Source: Amphiscolops sp. MND2022
Taxonomy: Eukaryota
Assembly: GCA_964187785.1 (NCBI GenBank)
Contig: OZ076421.1
Coordinates: 16,616,001 to 16,680,000 of the forward strand
Reading direction: 5' to 3'
Length of the DNA stretch: 64,000 nt
Below are positions 60,507-64,000 of the stretch, piece after piece. The notes beneath the pieces are model-generated. The model was given only the letters and a program-made list of their open reading frames with translations, was not told where the DNA came from and searched no databases. The translations under genes and the position numbers were made by a program. Every line of letters starts with the position of its first letter. Position 1 is the stretch's first letter.

Positions 60507-63500
60507 ATGGCTAAACAAAAAAGGGCAAAATCACAATCCGAAAATCAAACAAAATCCGTTCCTTGCAATATCTGCGAAAAAGAAGTCTCTGAAGGCGTAT
60601 GCTGTGATGTCTGTGAACATTGGGCCCATGCCAAATGTATCTTTCCTGGCCTCACAATCAGCATCCTGAAAAGTCCAAATTTAACCTACAGATGTGATGA
60701 CTGCATCTCGCACAAGAATGTGAAGAACACGTTAACAGAGCTCAAAAGCAGTGTCGACGATCTGTCAAAATCAATAGCACCCAGATTAGTTTTCATGCAG
60801 GAAAAATTGCAGAAGTTAGGGAATACAGTGAAAACGAACGCCACGCCACTTACGCTGAACGTGTCAAACAAGCGCCCAATCTGTCAAGCACAAGTCAGCC
60901 CCGTCAACAAAACACATGGGTTGCCAAAACTCCTTTGTTGTAAATAAAATCAGGAATTTCAATGACGCACAAGACTCGAGCAGCATTAAAACCGCCCTCA
61001 GTCACTACTTTCGACGAACTAAATTCCTGCACACCATGAAAACTGCGGATGGACGTATAATAGTAGAAACAGAAAATGAAAACACTGCCAAAAAATAATT
61101 CAAAATTGGCCAGAAAACTTTTTTGGAGGCTCAGAGTGCAGAGAAACGAAAGCCAAGAGGCCAATCAACCTCATCCTCAAAGGTGTACCATTACCAGATC
61201 ACGTACAAGACACGGGTGTTGATGAAAAAGATTTACAGGAGGGAATTTCAAAACAAGTCCCACCAAGTATCGTAACCCGCGTGAAAAGACAAGACAATAC
61301 CCCATTGAAACTGCTGAAAATAACATTCGAAAATGAAGAACAAGTGGAAGGTGTGCTCAAGTCTGGGGTGTGCATTGGTAATCTCTGGATTCAACCAGAG
61401 ATTGAATACCGCCCACCCAAGGTTGTACAATGTTTCAAATGCCTCAAATTTGGGCATTTTTCAGCTTGCTGCAAATCGAAGCAAGAATACTGTATCATTT
61501 GTTAGCAAGAAGGCCATAATCACAAGAACTGTACCAACAGGGAGAACGAAAAGTGTAAAAATTGTAACGAAAGTCACGCTGCAGTTTCCAGGTACTGCCC
61601 AGTCAAGCAAGAGAAATTAGAAGAATTGTGTTCTCGAAAACAATACCCGATTCCAAGCTGGTTGGCCAAACTCAAACATAACCGATCAAAATGACGGACC
61701 ACCGAACACTCTCAACACAGCACAAATCCCTGAACGCGATGACGGTCAACATAAATGGACTTTCAAAGCATTCCTATGAAATCGTCCGCCAATATATGGT
61801 AACAAACAGCGTGCAGATCTCCTGCGTCACGCAGACGAAGAAACAAAATCCAGAAGTGCCGGACTCTTCTGGATATTTAACCATACCAAACAATTCCTCT
61901 TCAAACCCTGGTCAATCAGGAGGAGTTCTTTTAGCTCTCGATGTCAACATCAAGCCGAGCGTTTTTAAACTTGAAATCGAAACCCAGCATTCTACTTGGG
62001 CAATTTGTAACGTCTCGAGGAAAATCATTCTAGTATGGGGAGTTTACTGCCGTCCAAATAGTATAGAAGAAATGAAAAGAGTTCTCTATGAAATTAGATC
62101 AGCAATAAAAAAAAGGAAAAGATTTCGGCATGTCCAATTTTCTTCTCCTTGGCAACTTCAATGCAAGGCACCCAAGCTGGGGCGACAAAAGCAATGCTCA
62201 AGAGGAAATTTTGAACGATTTCCTACAACAAGAAGAACTCATAGCTCTTAATGATGGGGAGCCCACATTCACATGCACAAATGGAAAAAGTGTAATCGCG
62301 TTAGTTTTATGCAACGCCAATCTACACAGATTTTTTTGCGGCCTCGCAATAGACTATTACACTGAAATGTACACTAGCGCCCCAAACAGAGGCCATTACC
62401 CAGTTATTGCCACATTCGACATCGCAGGAAACAGCAGATCCACTCATGTAAAAGACCTCAAGAAAAATGGAGGGAAATTCTAGAAAATTGCGTTCAATCG
62501 CGATGGCCTGAAATTGACGAATGCTATGATGCTACATGGTTATGGGGCATCCTGCTGCAATGTATCAGCGAAGCAGCCAATCTTACAATACCTCTCAAGC
62601 AAATCACTTCACACTCAAAGCCATACTTTAATGAAGAGTTGAAAATGCTTTCACGTCAACTACGAAAAGCCAGGAAAAAAATGAAACTCAGATCGGACCC
62701 CATAAACACCTTCAATTATGAAACCCTCAAACGAAAATTTCAGACTACCTTGATGCAGTCCAAAGCTGAGCATTATAAAACTTGTGCAGAAACCCTGAAC
62801 GCCAGCAAGAGCTCAGATTTCTGGAAAGCCAAAAATTTGTTCACTCGTACTAGGGAAACAATACCAATGGGATGTCTTATTTCAAATGGCAAAGTTCTAG
62901 ATAGTGACGCTGATAAGTTTGAACATCTTCGCTCTACGTTTTTCTCCGACAGTCACCTTCACGGAAATATGTTTGACGAATCTTGGCTGAGAAATGTCGA
63001 GAAACTCACGACAAATCTCCATCCGGAATATTTGCAACCACCGAGCATACAGATAAGACAAGAAGAGCTTGACAACGCTCTGAAGGAATCTCAAACAAGC
63101 AATAAGTCCTCCGATCCAGATGGCACACCATCACTCATGCTGCGTCACACCGGAACTTTCTTCAAAATTGCCTGCCTCAAGCTTTTTAACCTCTGCTTAC
63201 ATGCAGGCACCTACATTTGGAATTTAGGTAAAGTCATTTTCCTCCGAAAACCTCACAAAGAAGACTATAATATGGCAAACAGTTACAGACCAACTACACT
63301 AACTTTCTACGCAGTAAAGCTGTTTGAACGCATAATAGAGAGACGGAGGCAAAAGGGCTGATCGGTGACAGCCAAGAAGGATTCAGAAAGCGGAAAAGCA
63401 CTGGTAGATGCATTTTTAAACTCTTAGACAGTATTCAAAATATTATTAAGCAAGGAAAAATTGCGGCTGCCCTTTTCATCGACCTCGAGAAAGCATTCGA

Positions 63501-64000
63501 CTCGATTTGGATTGACGGTCTCATGTACAAACTCCGTGAAGCAGGAATAAACAGCTACATTTTGAACATCATTGACCATTATTTCCGAAACAGAAACGTT
63601 TACATCAAAATAGGCGAGAAGCGATCAGAAAGCTTCAAGCCAGAAGTTGGCCCTCCCTCAAGGAAGCATTCTCTCCCCAGTCTTATTTATCTTTTACATT
63701 GCAGAAGTGTTCCAAGAATGCAAAGGTAAAACTGAAAAGTACGCTGATGACGCCACACATGTTTTAGCAGGTGACTCGATAGAAGAAGTTCTTTCGCATA
63801 TTCAAAAAGATTGCGAAGAAATTACAAAATGGATTGGAAAGTGGCGTCTTAAAATCTCGGGGCCGAAAACAGAAGTTGTCATCTTCTCAAGTATCCGTGA
63901 AGAAATCCGAGAACCTACAAAGAATAGAGTGTTACAAGGAAACACAATAAAGTTCGCGACAGAGTCAACAGCGCTCGGTATCACAATCGAGAACAAATTG
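60507..64000 (+). mobile_element. Decayed I/Jockey-group LINE: ORF1 (PHD finger + three CCHC knuckles), ORF2 (APE + RT), truncated by the window edge
   Basis: PHD CNICEKEVSEGVCCDVCEHWAHAKC...CDDC; QCFKCLKFGHFSACC...CKNCNESHAAVSRYC; APE NINGL...GNFNARH...PTF; RT YRPTTL...FIDLEKAFDSIW...YADD. Confidence 0.88.

Overview
A repeat-dense eukaryotic window (animal-like by inference; no prokaryotic operons, rRNA, tRNA or CRISPR seen), made almost entirely of transposable elements and their relics, with a 200-N scaffold gap at 15176-15375. Left to right: (1) 1-12519, a head-to-tail array of ~2.2-kb units, each with a 72-bp minisatellite, a broken SGNH-hydrolase-like ORF and a second unknown ORF; it is followed by a decayed helicase (Walker A) + GIY-YIG relic and a diverged copy of the array's tail/head. 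(2) The 3' part of a decayed Mag-like Ty3/Gypsy element whose 3' end plus flank is tandemly duplicated. (3) A MULE transposase fragment, a decayed Ty1/Copia element and several LINE relics. (4) A young full-length 12.5-kb Ty3/Gypsy element at 34068-46600 with 1.8-kb LTRs and a CATGC target-site duplication. (5) MITE-like and inverted repeats, CRE-like fragments and an I/Jockey-group LINE running off the right end. The best candidate for something undescribed is inside element (4). By manual splicing, its post-integrase region holds a 4-exon antisense gene (three phase-1 GT-AG introns, ~318 aa) ending in a BED-like zinc finger. The same element has clustered CGATG motifs in its LTRs, linkers and introns, and a gag frame that starts ~110 codons inside the LTR. 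All family assignments come from motif recognition by eye; no searches were run.
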